Virus record (IMG/VR): IMGVR_UViG_3300011980_000002
Span: 64,001-128,000 of that record
DNA from: a virus
Reading direction: 5' to 3' (one strand)
DNA length: 64,000 nt
Part shown: one piece after another, positions 36,319 through 46,136 of the stretch
Position numbering within the stretch: the first letter of the stretch is position 1
Layout of the letters: each line of letters starts with the position of its first letter
Translations under genes and position numbers: made by a program
The notes under the pieces: generated by a model
Told to the model about the DNA's origin: nothing
The model's input: only the letters and a program-made list of their open reading frames with translations
Database searches by the model: none

Positions 36319-38283
36319 ATGGCACAAACAGTACAAATAGTACCTCGTTATTTGCACTCTCATGTTGAGACAGTCATTAATGATTATACAACATTTGATG
36401 ATACTCCACCAGTGGAAGTCGATGACAGTGTCAAATTTCTAGCCGTATTTATGGGTCCTCAGGGTATTGATAATACTTTGGTTAAAGTAAAAAATACTAA
36501 GGATTTTGAAACAATATTTGGTAGATCAAATTATGCTTTATATGGTCAGCCTATGATGATGGCGGAAGCGGAACTTAGAAGTGGAGAAGCAAGTGTATGG
36601 TGTATGAGAATTATGCCAGATGATGCTAAATTTGCTAACTCAGTTCTTTCTGTTTATTATAAACCTGATGTTGCTAAGAAGAAATTCCGTATTAAGTTTA
36701 AGGCTAAGGCTCTTATTAATGCATCTGCTGTTACATCTAAGACAGACTTACTTGCTAAAGGTCAAACTTTAGATGGTACTCCTGGTGGTGATGGATTATA
36801 CAAAGATGCTGATGGTTATATCCAGCTTCCTCTAATTACATTTAGAGCTATGGGTAGAGGAGCTTATGCTAATAACTACAGATGGAGAATGGCTCGTAAT
36901 AAGGACTGTGAGAATGATTATAATGTTAAGATGTATTCATTCGAAGCCCTTAGTGCTACTAATGGAATATCCACAATAGCAACTTATAGAGGAACAGTTG
37001 TTGATTCAGAGAAGTTTAATAGATCTACACTTATCAATGATATCGTAGATGATTCAGAAACCGGAATAGCTCCTATAGATATTCAGGCTTATGAGAACAA
37101 TTATCAACTTCTTTATGAAGCTTATGTTAAGTTCTTAAAGGATGTTGAAACAGCTACTACTCCTGGAACAGTTAAGCATGTTCCTACTATAGATGAATTT
37201 GACCCATTCTTTGCTTATGGAATGGCTAATAATATCAAAGATGAATTTATATACTTCACAAAGGTTAAGAGTCCTGGTGTTGAATCACAAGCCGGATACG
37301 ATGCTGATAATTATACAGAGACTAATGACATTATCCAAGTAGATAATGTTGAAGGAACTTTACTTGCAGGTGGTTCAGATGGAGCTTTTGCTAATGCTGA
37401 TGCTAATGCAAGAGACCAGGCTATTGCTGCTACATATATTAAAGCTTTTAATGGTTCATTAGACCCAATTATATTAGCTAATAAGAGAGTTCCGGTTGAT
37501 GCTATATTTGATGCTAACTATCCATATGAAGTAAAGAAAGAACTTGCAGCTTTATCACTTGCAAGAAATGATTGTATGTGCTACATTGACTGTGGACTTG
37601 TAGAGTCTTTCTCTTCTGGTAATCAGATGAAGTTGATTGAGAACTATGGTGTATTTAATACTAGAGGAATTTCAAAGAATCCTCAGTGGTATACAATCAA
37701 GGATCCAATTACAAGAAAGAGAGTTCCGGTTACTATTACATATTTCTTTGCAGAAAACTATGCATCTCATGTAAGAGATAATGGATTCCATATTCCATTT
37801 ACTAATGTATATGCACAGCTTAGTGGACATATTAAGAATTCACTTCAGCCTGCTGTTAATGAGCATGAGTCATCTCTTAAGGAGTGGTTATACACTAATA
37901 GATTCAACTACTTTGAAGCAGTTGGTGAAAATGTATTCAGAAGAGCTTCACAGAATACTTCTCAGATAGTTAATAGTGATCTTCTTGAAGAGAATAACAT
38001 GACTACTCTCTTTAGAATTAAGCATATACTTGAAACAGATGCTAAGGAGAGATTATATAACTTTGCAGAAGCTGATGATAGAAATCTCTTTACTGCTTAT
38101 GAGACAGCTAAGTTCTCTTCATGGATTGGTCGTATGTTACAGTCATTTACTATAGATTTCCAGATGAATGAATTTGAAGCTGAAAGGTCAATTCTTCACT
38201 GCTATGTAACTGTACAGTTCAAGACCCTTAACAAGAGAACTATAATCGAAATTGATGTTAATAAACGCGACTTCGGTGCATAA
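36319..38283 (+). CDS. Tail sheath protein
   Basis: The N-terminal layout VETVINDYTT..VKFLAVFMGPQGIDNTLVKVKNTKDFETIFG..GEASVWCMRI matches the contractile-sheath N-terminal pattern. High-expression codon usage. Immediately followed by the tube gene. Confidence 0.7.
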   Translation: MAQTVQIVPRYLHSHVETVINDYTTFDDTPPVEVDDSVKFLAVFMGPQGIDNTLVKVKNTKDFETIFGRSNYALYGQPMMMAEAELRSGEASVWCMRIMPDDAKFANSVLSVYYKPDVAKKKFRIKFKAKALINASAVTSKTDLLAKGQTLDGTPGGDGLYKDADGYIQLPLITFRAMGRGAYANNYRWRMARNKDCENDYNVKMYSFEALSATNGISTIATYRGTVVDSEKFNRSTLINDIVDDSETGIAPIDIQAYENNYQLLYEAYVKFLKDVETATTPGTVKHVPTIDEFDPFFAYGMANNIKDEFIYFTKVKSPGVESQAGYDADNYTETNDIIQVDNVEGTLLAGGSDGAFANADANARDQAIAATYIKAFNGSLDPIILANKRVPVDAIFDANYPYEVKKELAALSLARNDCMCYIDCGLVESFSSGNQMKLIENYGVFNTRGISKNPQWYTIKDPITRKRVPVTITYFFAENYASHVRDNGFHIPFTNVYAQLSGHIKNSLQPAVNEHESSLKEWLYTNRFNYFEAVGENVFRRASQNTSQIVNSDLLEENNMTTLFRIKHILETDAKERLYNFAEADDRNLFTAYETAKFSSWIGRMLQSFTIDFQMNEFEAERSILHCYVTVQFKTLNKRTIIEIDVNKRDFGA

Positions 38284-38318
38284 TTAAAAATACTATAGAA
38301 AGGAAATATTAGAAGAAT

Positions 38319-39128
38319 ATGGCACATACTATACAATCCAATATTCATAATCATACATTTGATCAGTTGGATAAATATGCATTATTCCTAAGTGGTTTAA
38401 ATGTAACCCATGATGTTCTTCAGTCTTACGACCCACTTAAAACTGGTTGGGGAAGAATCTTCATGGTAAGAAAACCTCTTATGGTATGGAATTTGCTACC
38501 AGGTAAGTTAAAGAAGTTTAAACATATATTAGAGTTTGCAAATACAGGTGTTTCCGGTCTTAGTGATATGACAGTTAACTTTGCTAATATTAGTGGTGGT
38601 TATGCTGGTAGATCATTTGAAGTACCGACAGTTGTAGATGATAGTACAAACTCTTTTACTATAAAGACATATGAGTTTTCAGGTTCACCGATGAGAGAGA
38701 TAATCCATTTCTGGATTAATGGTGTTACTGATGTTCAGACAACATTCTCTCATTATTATAATCAAGCAGGTTTGGAAGTTCAGCAGGCAAATCATACTGC
38801 TGAGTTTATTTATGTTGCTACAGACCAGACTGGTAAGAATATAGAGTATGCTTGTATGTTTGCTAACTGCTTCCCTAAGTCAATAAACGTTGACAGTTAC
38901 AACTATGAAGCATCACAACATGATACAGTTCCACTTGATATAGAATTTTCATGTACTAAGTATGAGTCTCCGCAGATAAATGCTAAGGCTATGGAACTTT
39001 TACAGAAGTATACAATACTTACTAACTCACTTAACTTCCACTCCGGTATTACAAGTTCTGTTATTAATCAGAACGGTACTTCTAAGAAGACATACAATAT
39101 TCAGACTGGTATGTTGGAAGAAAGATAA
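38319..39128 (+). CDS. Tail tube protein (gp19-like)
   Basis: The C-terminal pattern CFPKSINVDSYNYEASQHDTVPLDIEFSCTKYE parallels T4 gp19 LWPTNVGELQLDWDSNNEIQTFEVTLALDYWE. Positioned after the sheath gene. Confidence 0.65.
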   Translation: MAHTIQSNIHNHTFDQLDKYALFLSGLNVTHDVLQSYDPLKTGWGRIFMVRKPLMVWNLLPGKLKKFKHILEFANTGVSGLSDMTVNFANISGGYAGRSFEVPTVVDDSTNSFTIKTYEFSGSPMREIIHFWINGVTDVQTTFSHYYNQAGLEVQQANHTAEFIYVATDQTGKNIEYACMFANCFPKSINVDSYNYEASQHDTVPLDIEFSCTKYESPQINAKAMELLQKYTILTNSLNFHSGITSSVINQNGTSKKTYNIQTGMLEER

Positions 39129-39135
39129 GCTGAAT

Positions 39136-39218
39136 ATATTAAACACTTGAGGCTACGCAAGTTTAAAGACTCTTACGAAGAGATGAGATTATGTATTTAA
39201 ATAACATAATCAGTAGCA
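39136..39218 (+). repeat. Orphan copy of the TnpB 3' end / omega-RNA-like three-hairpin module (no adjacent tnpB)
   Basis: atattaaacActtgaggctacgcaagtttaaagactcttacgaagagatgagattatgtatttaaataacataatcagtagca is near-identical to the sequences following both tnpB genes. It includes remnants of the last four codons and the TGA. Confidence 0.8.
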
Positions 39219-39286
39219 AGAGAGATAAGTTACTCTAAATTAATTAGTGTTAATAAATAATATAATAAAATCCTTAAAATTATTAA

Positions 39287-39327
39287 ATTCATATACCCAG
39301 ATTACAAATGGGTATATGAATTTTTTA
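39287..39327 (+). terminator. Rho-independent terminator
   Basis: 13-bp stem attcatataccca/tgggtatatgaat plus T6. Confidence 0.75.
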
Positions 39328-39429
39328 AAGTAATTTTACCCTTAAAAAACATAGCTATAATGTTATATAAGGTATAAATATAACACTAAAAATACTATTT
39401 TTAAAGAAAGGAGTTATGTAAGATATTGA

Positions 39430-40566
39430 ATGGCTAATAGAAAACTCCAAGTTCATTATAAGAAAATTTATAAAAATGGAAATGTAGATACTATATATTT
39501 CGTCAATAGAGCTAAAGATGTTATTGTTGATGAGAATGGTAATGTTAGATTAAATACAGTATTAGAAAGATTAGATAGAGTTGCTAATGGAGCTAATAAA
39601 ACAGCTAAATCTGATAGTAACGGATATATCAAAATCAATGATGTTGATACCTTGGTATATGAACATCCTAAAACTGGTGTTACTGCTGGAAAGTATAATG
39701 AAGTAGTTGTAGACGATAAAGGTCATGTTGTCAGTGCAAGATATTCTAATATTTGGGGTGGGATTGTAAATGGTGATATCAGTACTGCGGTTGTTAATAC
39801 CATAGGAAATTTCTATGAGACTAATCCTAATAATATACATCAGATAAGAAATGGTTGGAATATACAAGCTATTGTTAGTACTATAGGTGGTATACTTAAA
39901 TTAGTAAAACCTCATGCATATCAAGATTATATTTATACAGGAAATCTCGAACCAGCTTTACAGAATAAACTTGCCAGAATGGTTGATGGTAGTAAAGTAC
40001 AACATACTATACAACGCCCATATGATACAACTAACCGTGATATTAATAGAATAGCCAGTATGTATGCATTAGAGAAGGTGCAAGGTAGTGCTGATAGTTG
40101 TTGGAATGTGGCTAGTAGTAACGCTAGAAGATTGAATGATGTTGATACTATAATGAATAGACATTCGGTTATTTTAAGTAGACCTGGTAGTAACCTGAGA
40201 AATCAAGCAATAACATATCATATTCCTTTAACAAGCACATTTAGAGAGATATGGACTGAGAATAATTTCGAAGAAGGCACATATCTTGTCACATGTATTA
40301 TAACATGTATAAATCAACCAACCAATCGTTTCTATAATTTCCAATTGTGTAGGAATAGTGAAGATAATGTATTTGATTCCGAAGGAGATATTAGTGCCCC
40401 TTATAGTATTGGTAGTAAAACTATAAAAACATTAGGTACTTTCATATATATACCACAAGGTGGTCGTATGTTTTTAAGATGTAATTCTGGAACTGATAGT
40501 ACTAATCCAAATTCTCAAGGAATTGTTATTGAGCATGTGTGGTATCAAATATGTAGAGTTTGGTAA
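39430..40566 (+). CDS. Tail fibre protein (phage tail-fibre repeat)
   Basis: YEHPKTGVTAGKYNEVVVDDKGHVVSAR matches the common tail-fibre repeat H-x-x-(S/T)-G-V-x-A-G-x-Y-x-x-V-x-V-(D/N)-x-x-G-H-V. Confidence 0.6.
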   Translation: MANRKLQVHYKKIYKNGNVDTIYFVNRAKDVIVDENGNVRLNTVLERLDRVANGANKTAKSDSNGYIKINDVDTLVYEHPKTGVTAGKYNEVVVDDKGHVVSARYSNIWGGIVNGDISTAVVNTIGNFYETNPNNIHQIRNGWNIQAIVSTIGGILKLVKPHAYQDYIYTGNLEPALQNKLARMVDGSKVQHTIQRPYDTTNRDINRIASMYALEKVQGSADSCWNVASSNARRLNDVDTIMNRHSVILSRPGSNLRNQAITYHIPLTSTFREIWTENNFEEGTYLVTCIITCINQPTNRFYNFQLCRNSEDNVFDSEGDISAPYSIGSKTIKTLGTFIYIPQGGRMFLRCNSGTDSTNPNSQGIVIEHVWYQICRVW

Positions 40567-40608
40567 AAGAATATTTATAAATTTAGAAAGGAAAATTATA
40601 AAACTACT

Positions 40609-41460
40609 ATGACGAAAAATTTCATAAATATGGACATATTCATAGAAGCTAAAAACTTCTATGTAGATAGACTTAATGATATCGATAATGTATATTATGA
40701 TTATGAATATTCCCTATTAGAGTCTAAGTTAAATTTTGATTTCTTTGATGATTACTTATTAACAGAGGCAACTGATGACGCTGTTAATGAAAAAAAGAAA
40801 CAAGGAATTTTAGCTAAGATTGGTGATGCAGTAATGGGTGCAATAAAGAAACTAATTGGAATTATGGACACATTCGTACAAAAATTTCAAGAGTTTGTCT
40901 GGAGTAGAAAGAGTGATGATAGGAAGATAGATGAACTCATAAGATTACATCCAAGACTTAAAGATGAAATAGTTGCACATAAGAAAGATTTAAATTTACA
41001 AGATATAAAATCTGTTAATGATATTCTTAATGGTACTTATAGTGTAATTAATCAGATTAATAAAGGTAAAATAAGTGAACCTGAAGCTAAGAGTAAGTTT
41101 GATAAACTTGTAGATTTTGCTAAGAATAAAGCAACACCTATATTATCAACTGCTACTGCTGTTATTACATTTACTGTCGCAGCTAATGAATTACTTCCTA
41201 AGATGACTAAAGCTAAATTAGATTATGAACAGAATAAAGCTTCACTGATGCAGTTAAAAAAAACGGCTGATGAGGCTGCAAAGAATAGTAAAGACGCTGG
41301 AACCATAAGTAAATCAAGATTAATATCTTCTTTGATAGTAGGTGCTTGTAGTGCTGCCGCGTTTATTATTGGAAAGAATTCAGCTACTATGAATAAACTT
41401 AATAGTGCAGTAAATAGAACTGTTGCAAAGTATGAAAATAAAGAACCGGAATCTAAATAA
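40609..41460 (+). CDS. Family-F paralogue 12
   Basis: MDIFIEAKNF..DDYLLTEATDDAVNEKKKQGILAKIGDAVMGAIKKLIGIMDTFVQKF. Hydrophobic ATPILSTATAVITFTVAA and LISSLIVGACSAAAFIIG. Confidence 0.65.
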   Translation: MTKNFINMDIFIEAKNFYVDRLNDIDNVYYDYEYSLLESKLNFDFFDDYLLTEATDDAVNEKKKQGILAKIGDAVMGAIKKLIGIMDTFVQKFQEFVWSRKSDDRKIDELIRLHPRLKDEIVAHKKDLNLQDIKSVNDILNGTYSVINQINKGKISEPEAKSKFDKLVDFAKNKATPILSTATAVITFTVAANELLPKMTKAKLDYEQNKASLMQLKKTADEAAKNSKDAGTISKSRLISSLIVGACSAAAFIIGKNSATMNKLNSAVNRTVAKYENKEPESK

Positions 41461-41480
41461 GAAAGGTAGGTATTTCGTAT

Positions 41481-44447
41481 ATGCCAAATAATGACGCATT
41501 AGTAAATATTCTATTTTCTAATATAGATAATCTTAATAATTATGATATTAATGTATTTGATAGTAAATTAAATACATATACAGAAGATGGTGATACTTTT
41601 ATTAATAATCTTAAAGCTTCTATGGACAGTAATCCTTATAGTAAAGAATTTGCATTATTGAAGTCTAAATTATCAGAAGTTACAGATTCATTATATAAGA
41701 CAAGAGAAGTTAATAAATTTTTTACAAATATTAAGGATTATATTAAACTAGAGAAACTTCCAATAACTATAGCTGTAGAAGATACTGACATAGTAGATAG
41801 CGTTAATCCTCAATATCTATCTCAATTTATTAATAATATTACTATTAATATACAGTCGGTTATTGATGGTAAGAATAATTATGAGACTTTACAATCTTCT
41901 TATCTATCTAATGATTATTTAGTTACCATGAAAAAATCATTAGTAAAAACTTTGATACCGTATGAATTGGATAATACTGAATTATATACTTATCAGAATA
42001 AGAAGATAGTTACGGTTAATAAGGAATTCATTATATCTGTATTATTACCATTTACCAGTTATGTAAGTTCATATATAGAGAAAACTACAGAATTAATTAA
42101 AGATACTAATAGAGTAATTAATGATAATGAAGTTACTATTAATAATATAATGAGTGCAATGAGTTCATTAGAAGAATTGGATAGTGATACATTAAGAGAT
42201 ATAGAAAGATACGTTTACGAATCAATAAGAATGTATAAGACCCTTGTTTATTATATTATCTATATGATAATGAAAAAACTATCATCTATGCAATTTGATA
42301 TTGATGCTTATTACTCATTAAGACAGAAATTATTAAGTTTTCATCCAGAAGGTTCAAGAGTAATGCATGAACATGTATTGGATGGAAATCCTGAAGATGT
42401 TGACAGTACTAATACATTGAGTAGAGTACTTAATGGGGATTATTCTGTATTTAAAGCTATATTAGATAATCTTTATCATACATATAAGTATAATATGGCT
42501 AATAATACAGATATTAATGTATTCACCTCTATGAACAAAACCGATGAATATGATAGAGATATTTACATAGTACTTAATAAATTATTCATTATTATTAATT
42601 ACGGTTTAGAAACTTTAAATTCTTTATCTGATAAGGATATGATATCAACATCTGATGTATTAATTAAATCTGATTTAGATAAACCATTATCAGAAACTTA
42701 TTCAGATGTAATATCAAGACTATCTGATATAGATTTATATAAAGATAATAGTGATGTTAGAAATCCTTTAGGTAGTGCTAAGATTTATCTATCTATGTTA
42801 AATGAATTAGATATTGCTCGTACTTCTATGTATGAAATAGTTAAGTCTATTTATAATACATATAATAATTATCTTAATATAAAAGAAAATCTTATTGGTA
42901 AATTGAATAATATAGAGTATAATAATCAAGAGAAGATAAAAGAATTATGTAATAGGTTAAATTCATTTAATAGTGAATATAGAGAATTTGTAAATAATAT
43001 AACTAATACAATGATTAATAGATATAGGGATATATCTAATCTATTAGATAATTTAGAGTCTACAATATTTAAGAGTAAAGAATTATTTACCCTTAATCTA
43101 AATAATCCTGATACAGATAATTCATTAAATAGTGCATTAATAGAATCATATTCTAATATGTGTAAGATTGATATGGATTATATATTAGAAAGTAGAATGG
43201 GTGAGTATAATACTATAAGGAATTTACATGAGTTTGGAATAACCTTATTTGAAGATGGTGATAATTTAGCTACTAATGCTAATCAGAGTAATACTAATAG
43301 TAATTCTAATACAACCACAAATACCAATACATCTAATACTAATACCAGTAGTAGTGGTAGTACAGATACTAGTGTTAAAGGTGCATTAGATAAACTTATT
43401 ACTACAATAACTAATTTCTTCCAGAAAGCTGTAAATAGTATTAGAGGTGTTGTTGAAAAGCAAAAAGGTAATGTATCATGGTTAAATGATAAAGCTAATG
43501 ATATATTAAATAAGGTTAACTATAATAATGTGAATATTAGTATAGTCCCATATGATAAATACTTTAAGGCTGATGAATTACTTAATAATATGAATGATTT
43601 AGATAATAAGATTAAATCTATTACAGTAGACCAGATTAAGAATACTTTTAATGGTAATAGAGATGCTCTTAATAGTTATTTATTCTCATTTATAGATAAT
43701 GGATTGCTTCAATCTAATTTAGGAAACTTCTTCCCATTCTTAAAGACTTATTACAAGACTAAAGGTAAGAAGGTTGAGGCTGTTCCATATAAAGGTGCTG
43801 AAGTAAAACAGGTTGCAGAATTTGCAATTAATTACTGTAAGAGTTATTATACTGATTATTCAGATAAAGTATTAAAAGCATCTGAGAATATAAAGAATAG
43901 CTTAAATAATAAAATAACAGCATTAACTGATGATGTTATGAAAGAATCTGTGGATTTATTCTTAGAGGATACTAATACAAATAATAACCAGAATAATAAT
44001 GCTAATCAGAATAAACCTAATAACAGTAATAACCAGAATAAGGGTAATAACAAAGGTAATAATAAAGGTGGCAATAAATCTAATGTAGGAAATACTAAAG
44101 TACAAGTAAATGCTACAGATGATAATGGTAATAAAGTAGATACTAAAACGAATACTAAAGCTACAACTACATATGTTAAAGTATTTAGAGATTTGGCATC
44201 TTCTGTGGAAAATTATACCGCTTCAGTACTTAATACTACTAAAGATATTAACTTTGATTATTTACAATTATTAGATGGGTTGTATAAGTTGATTGGTAAT
44301 AAATCTGGTGATAATAATGTAGAGGTTAATAATAACGAGAATAAAGAAAATACCAATACAGATAATTTTAATAATAATACAGAAAATACAAATAATAACC
44401 AAAATAATAATAGCAATAATAATCAAAATGCTAATAATAAGAAATAA
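41481..44447 (+). CDS. Large virion-associated protein (988 aa) with Asn-rich low-complexity tracts; tape-measure-like by size and position only
   Basis: Starts 20 nt after the previous stop. The N-terminus contains NTYTEDGDTF (family-F-like leader end). Three N/T/Q/K low-complexity tracts. Confidence 0.45.
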   Translation: MPNNDALVNILFSNIDNLNNYDINVFDSKLNTYTEDGDTFINNLKASMDSNPYSKEFALLKSKLSEVTDSLYKTREVNKFFTNIKDYIKLEKLPITIAVEDTDIVDSVNPQYLSQFINNITINIQSVIDGKNNYETLQSSYLSNDYLVTMKKSLVKTLIPYELDNTELYTYQNKKIVTVNKEFIISVLLPFTSYVSSYIEKTTELIKDTNRVINDNEVTINNIMSAMSSLEELDSDTLRDIERYVYESIRMYKTLVYYIIYMIMKKLSSMQFDIDAYYSLRQKLLSFHPEGSRVMHEHVLDGNPEDVDSTNTLSRVLNGDYSVFKAILDNLYHTYKYNMANNTDINVFTSMNKTDEYDRDIYIVLNKLFIIINYGLETLNSLSDKDMISTSDVLIKSDLDKPLSETYSDVISRLSDIDLYKDNSDVRNPLGSAKIYLSMLNELDIARTSMYEIVKSIYNTYNNYLNIKENLIGKLNNIEYNNQEKIKELCNRLNSFNSEYREFVNNITNTMINRYRDISNLLDNLESTIFKSKELFTLNLNNPDTDNSLNSALIESYSNMCKIDMDYILESRMGEYNTIRNLHEFGITLFEDGDNLATNANQSNTNSNSNTTTNTNTSNTNTSSSGSTDTSVKGALDKLITTITNFFQKAVNSIRGVVEKQKGNVSWLNDKANDILNKVNYNNVNISIVPYDKYFKADELLNNMNDLDNKIKSITVDQIKNTFNGNRDALNSYLFSFIDNGLLQSNLGNFFPFLKTYYKTKGKKVEAVPYKGAEVKQVAEFAINYCKSYYTDYSDKVLKASENIKNSLNNKITALTDDVMKESVDLFLEDTNTNNNQNNNANQNKPNNSNNQNKGNNKGNNKGGNKSNVGNTKVQVNATDDNGNKVDTKTNTKATTTYVKVFRDLASSVENYTASVLNTTKDINFDYLQLLDGLYKLIGNKSGDNNVEVNNNENKENTNTDNFNNNTENTNNNQNNNSNNNQNANNKK

Positions 44448-44450
44448 ATT

Positions 44451-44490
44451 AATTGTGTATATAGGTGATAATAAACCTATATACACAATT
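44451..44490. terminator. Bidirectional terminator
   Basis: Perfect 15-bp stem aattgtgtatatagg/cctatatacacaatt. Confidence 0.75.
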
Positions 44491-44498
44491 ATCTTTCT

Positions 44499-45686
44499 TT
44501 AATCTTTTAAATTTAGTATATCATCAGTGATAAAGTGCTGTTTAATTTTATCACTACTGATATCTTCATTATACTTAATTTTAATATACTGTGAACTTTT
44601 ATCTTCTAAACTCAATGATTTATCGAAGACAGAACCATATTTTTTTACAGTTTCGTTCAAATATGTCTTATTCACAGTAGATACTCGATTAACAAATCCA
44701 TTATTAAATTCTACTTTAATATTCTTAATTCCTTTAAATCTTTCTTGTATATAAAGAATAACAGATTCCCCATTTTCATAATCTTCTGGTAAGTTAAATA
44801 CTAACCTCAATTTACCATCTATTCTATCATTCTTAATATTATTAGTAATCTTATCTAATTCTTTAGATAGATTATCCATAGATTTAAATATAATACTATT
44901 ATATCCATAATAAATAGTATTATATTTAGTAGCCAAAGTATTAATAATAAAATTAGATTTATACTTATTATTCTTATAGGTAAAATGGTAAAATCCTTTA
45001 TCTTCTTCTTCTCCAAATTTTGTTCTTGAGAAACTTCCACAATAATGAATATTATCATTAATTGTAGAATTTATATGATAGTGCCCAAAGAATACTTCTC
45101 CTTTACATATATGAGATAATTCATTAGAATTAAAAGTAGGGACTTTTAATCTATTAGAATTAGTAGATTTTTTATTTACATGAACTGAAGATGGCATTAA
45201 TTCGTTAATAACCCCATGTCCAAATATATAATCATATTTATTCTCATTATTAAAATAATTCTTATAATAATCTGACTTATTATAGATATATTCTTCGGGA
45301 ACATATAAAATCATCATATTATTAATACACTCTTCTTGTACAGTTTTAATTAATCTATAATCTATATTAGAGTTATTTATCCATTCATTTAAATATTCAT
45401 ACTGGTTACATTCGTGTGATTCTGTACCATAAACAATTCTTAACTTAGCGTTAAACTTCTTAATTATATCTATTAATTTAATCATAAATAAAGAAGCATA
45501 ATAAGTATGATTATCATTAAGATATAATAACTTATCAAAATAATCTCCAGATATAACCACTAAATCTAAATTATCTACTTTCAATGAAATATAGTCTAAT
45601 AACGAATATTGTAACTCATTAAATAATTTAGACGAGTCCATAGACCCAAAATGTATATCTGAAAAAACAATCCCTTCAAATTTCAT
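44499..45686 (-). CDS. SbcD/Mre11-family metallophosphoesterase nuclease (T4 gp47-like)
   Basis: Calcineurin-like phosphoesterase motifs in order: FSDIHFG, ISGDYFD, YGTESHE, IFGHG, FFGHYH. Confidence 0.65.
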   Translation of the reverse strand: MKFEGIVFSDIHFGSMDSSKLFNELQYSLLDYISLKVDNLDLVVISGDYFDKLLYLNDNHTYYASLFMIKLIDIIKKFNAKLRIVYGTESHECNQYEYLNEWINNSNIDYRLIKTVQEECINNMMILYVPEEYIYNKSDYYKNYFNNENKYDYIFGHGVINELMPSSVHVNKKSTNSNRLKVPTFNSNELSHICKGEVFFGHYHINSTINDNIHYCGSFSRTKFGEEEDKGFYHFTYKNNKYKSNFIINTLATKYNTIYYGYNSIIFKSMDNLSKELDKITNNIKNDRIDGKLRLVFNLPEDYENGESVILYIQERFKGIKNIKVEFNNGFVNRVSTVNKTYLNETVKKYGSVFDKSLSLEDKSSQYIKIKYNEDISSDKIKQHFITDDILNLKD

Positions 45687-45728
45687 TTAAGATAAAATCC
45701 TTTCATTGTCCGATTATAAGAAAGTAAA

Positions 45729-45778
45729 TTCGTATTTTAAGTATTATTAAATATATACTATTTATGTGTAAAATAAAT
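45729..45778 (+). promoter_or_regulatory. Conserved promoter-like motif
   Basis: ttcgtattttaagtattattaaatatatactatttatgtgtaaaataaat. Confidence 0.45.
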
Positions 45779-45820
45779 ATATTTAAGGGTGGAGATAATA
45801 TCAAGAGCCCAGGAGTTAAT

Positions 45821-46075
45821 ATGAGAAAGAAATTCGATTACACAGAAACACTTAATTCAGCTATGGAAGTTGTGTCTGCTCCACACAACAACTTTAGCAG
45901 ACCGACCCTGATGAAAATCGCAGCTCAGCTCGAAGCCGCGAAGTCAGGGTTAGAGAGAGGTGAGGAGTGGTACCTCTCTAAATTCAAGGACACTCCACCA
46001 TACGTTGAGAAGGACTTAGCTGAAGCTGAGTTCCTTCTTGACAATATTGAGGCTAGGTTAGAGTGCGTTCTCTAA
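45821..46075 (+). CDS. Small protein (84 aa) of foreign base composition
   Basis: ATG 45821 after SD caggag; ORF-track start 45764 lies in the promoter motif. Sample lines count 42-57% G+C. Has its own terminator. Confidence 0.7.
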   Translation: MRKKFDYTETLNSAMEVVSAPHNNFSRPTLMKIAAQLEAAKSGLERGEEWYLSKFKDTPPYVEKDLAEAEFLLDNIEARLECVL

Positions 46076-46090
46076 TCTAACCACAATAAA

Positions 46091-46136
46091 AAATAAGAAC
46101 TGTGGCATGAGCAACCATAGTTCTTATTTTTTTTTG
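46091..46136 (+). terminator. Rho-independent terminator
   Basis: Stem aaataagaactgtgg/ccatagttcttattt (one G-U pair) plus T9. Confidence 0.75.
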
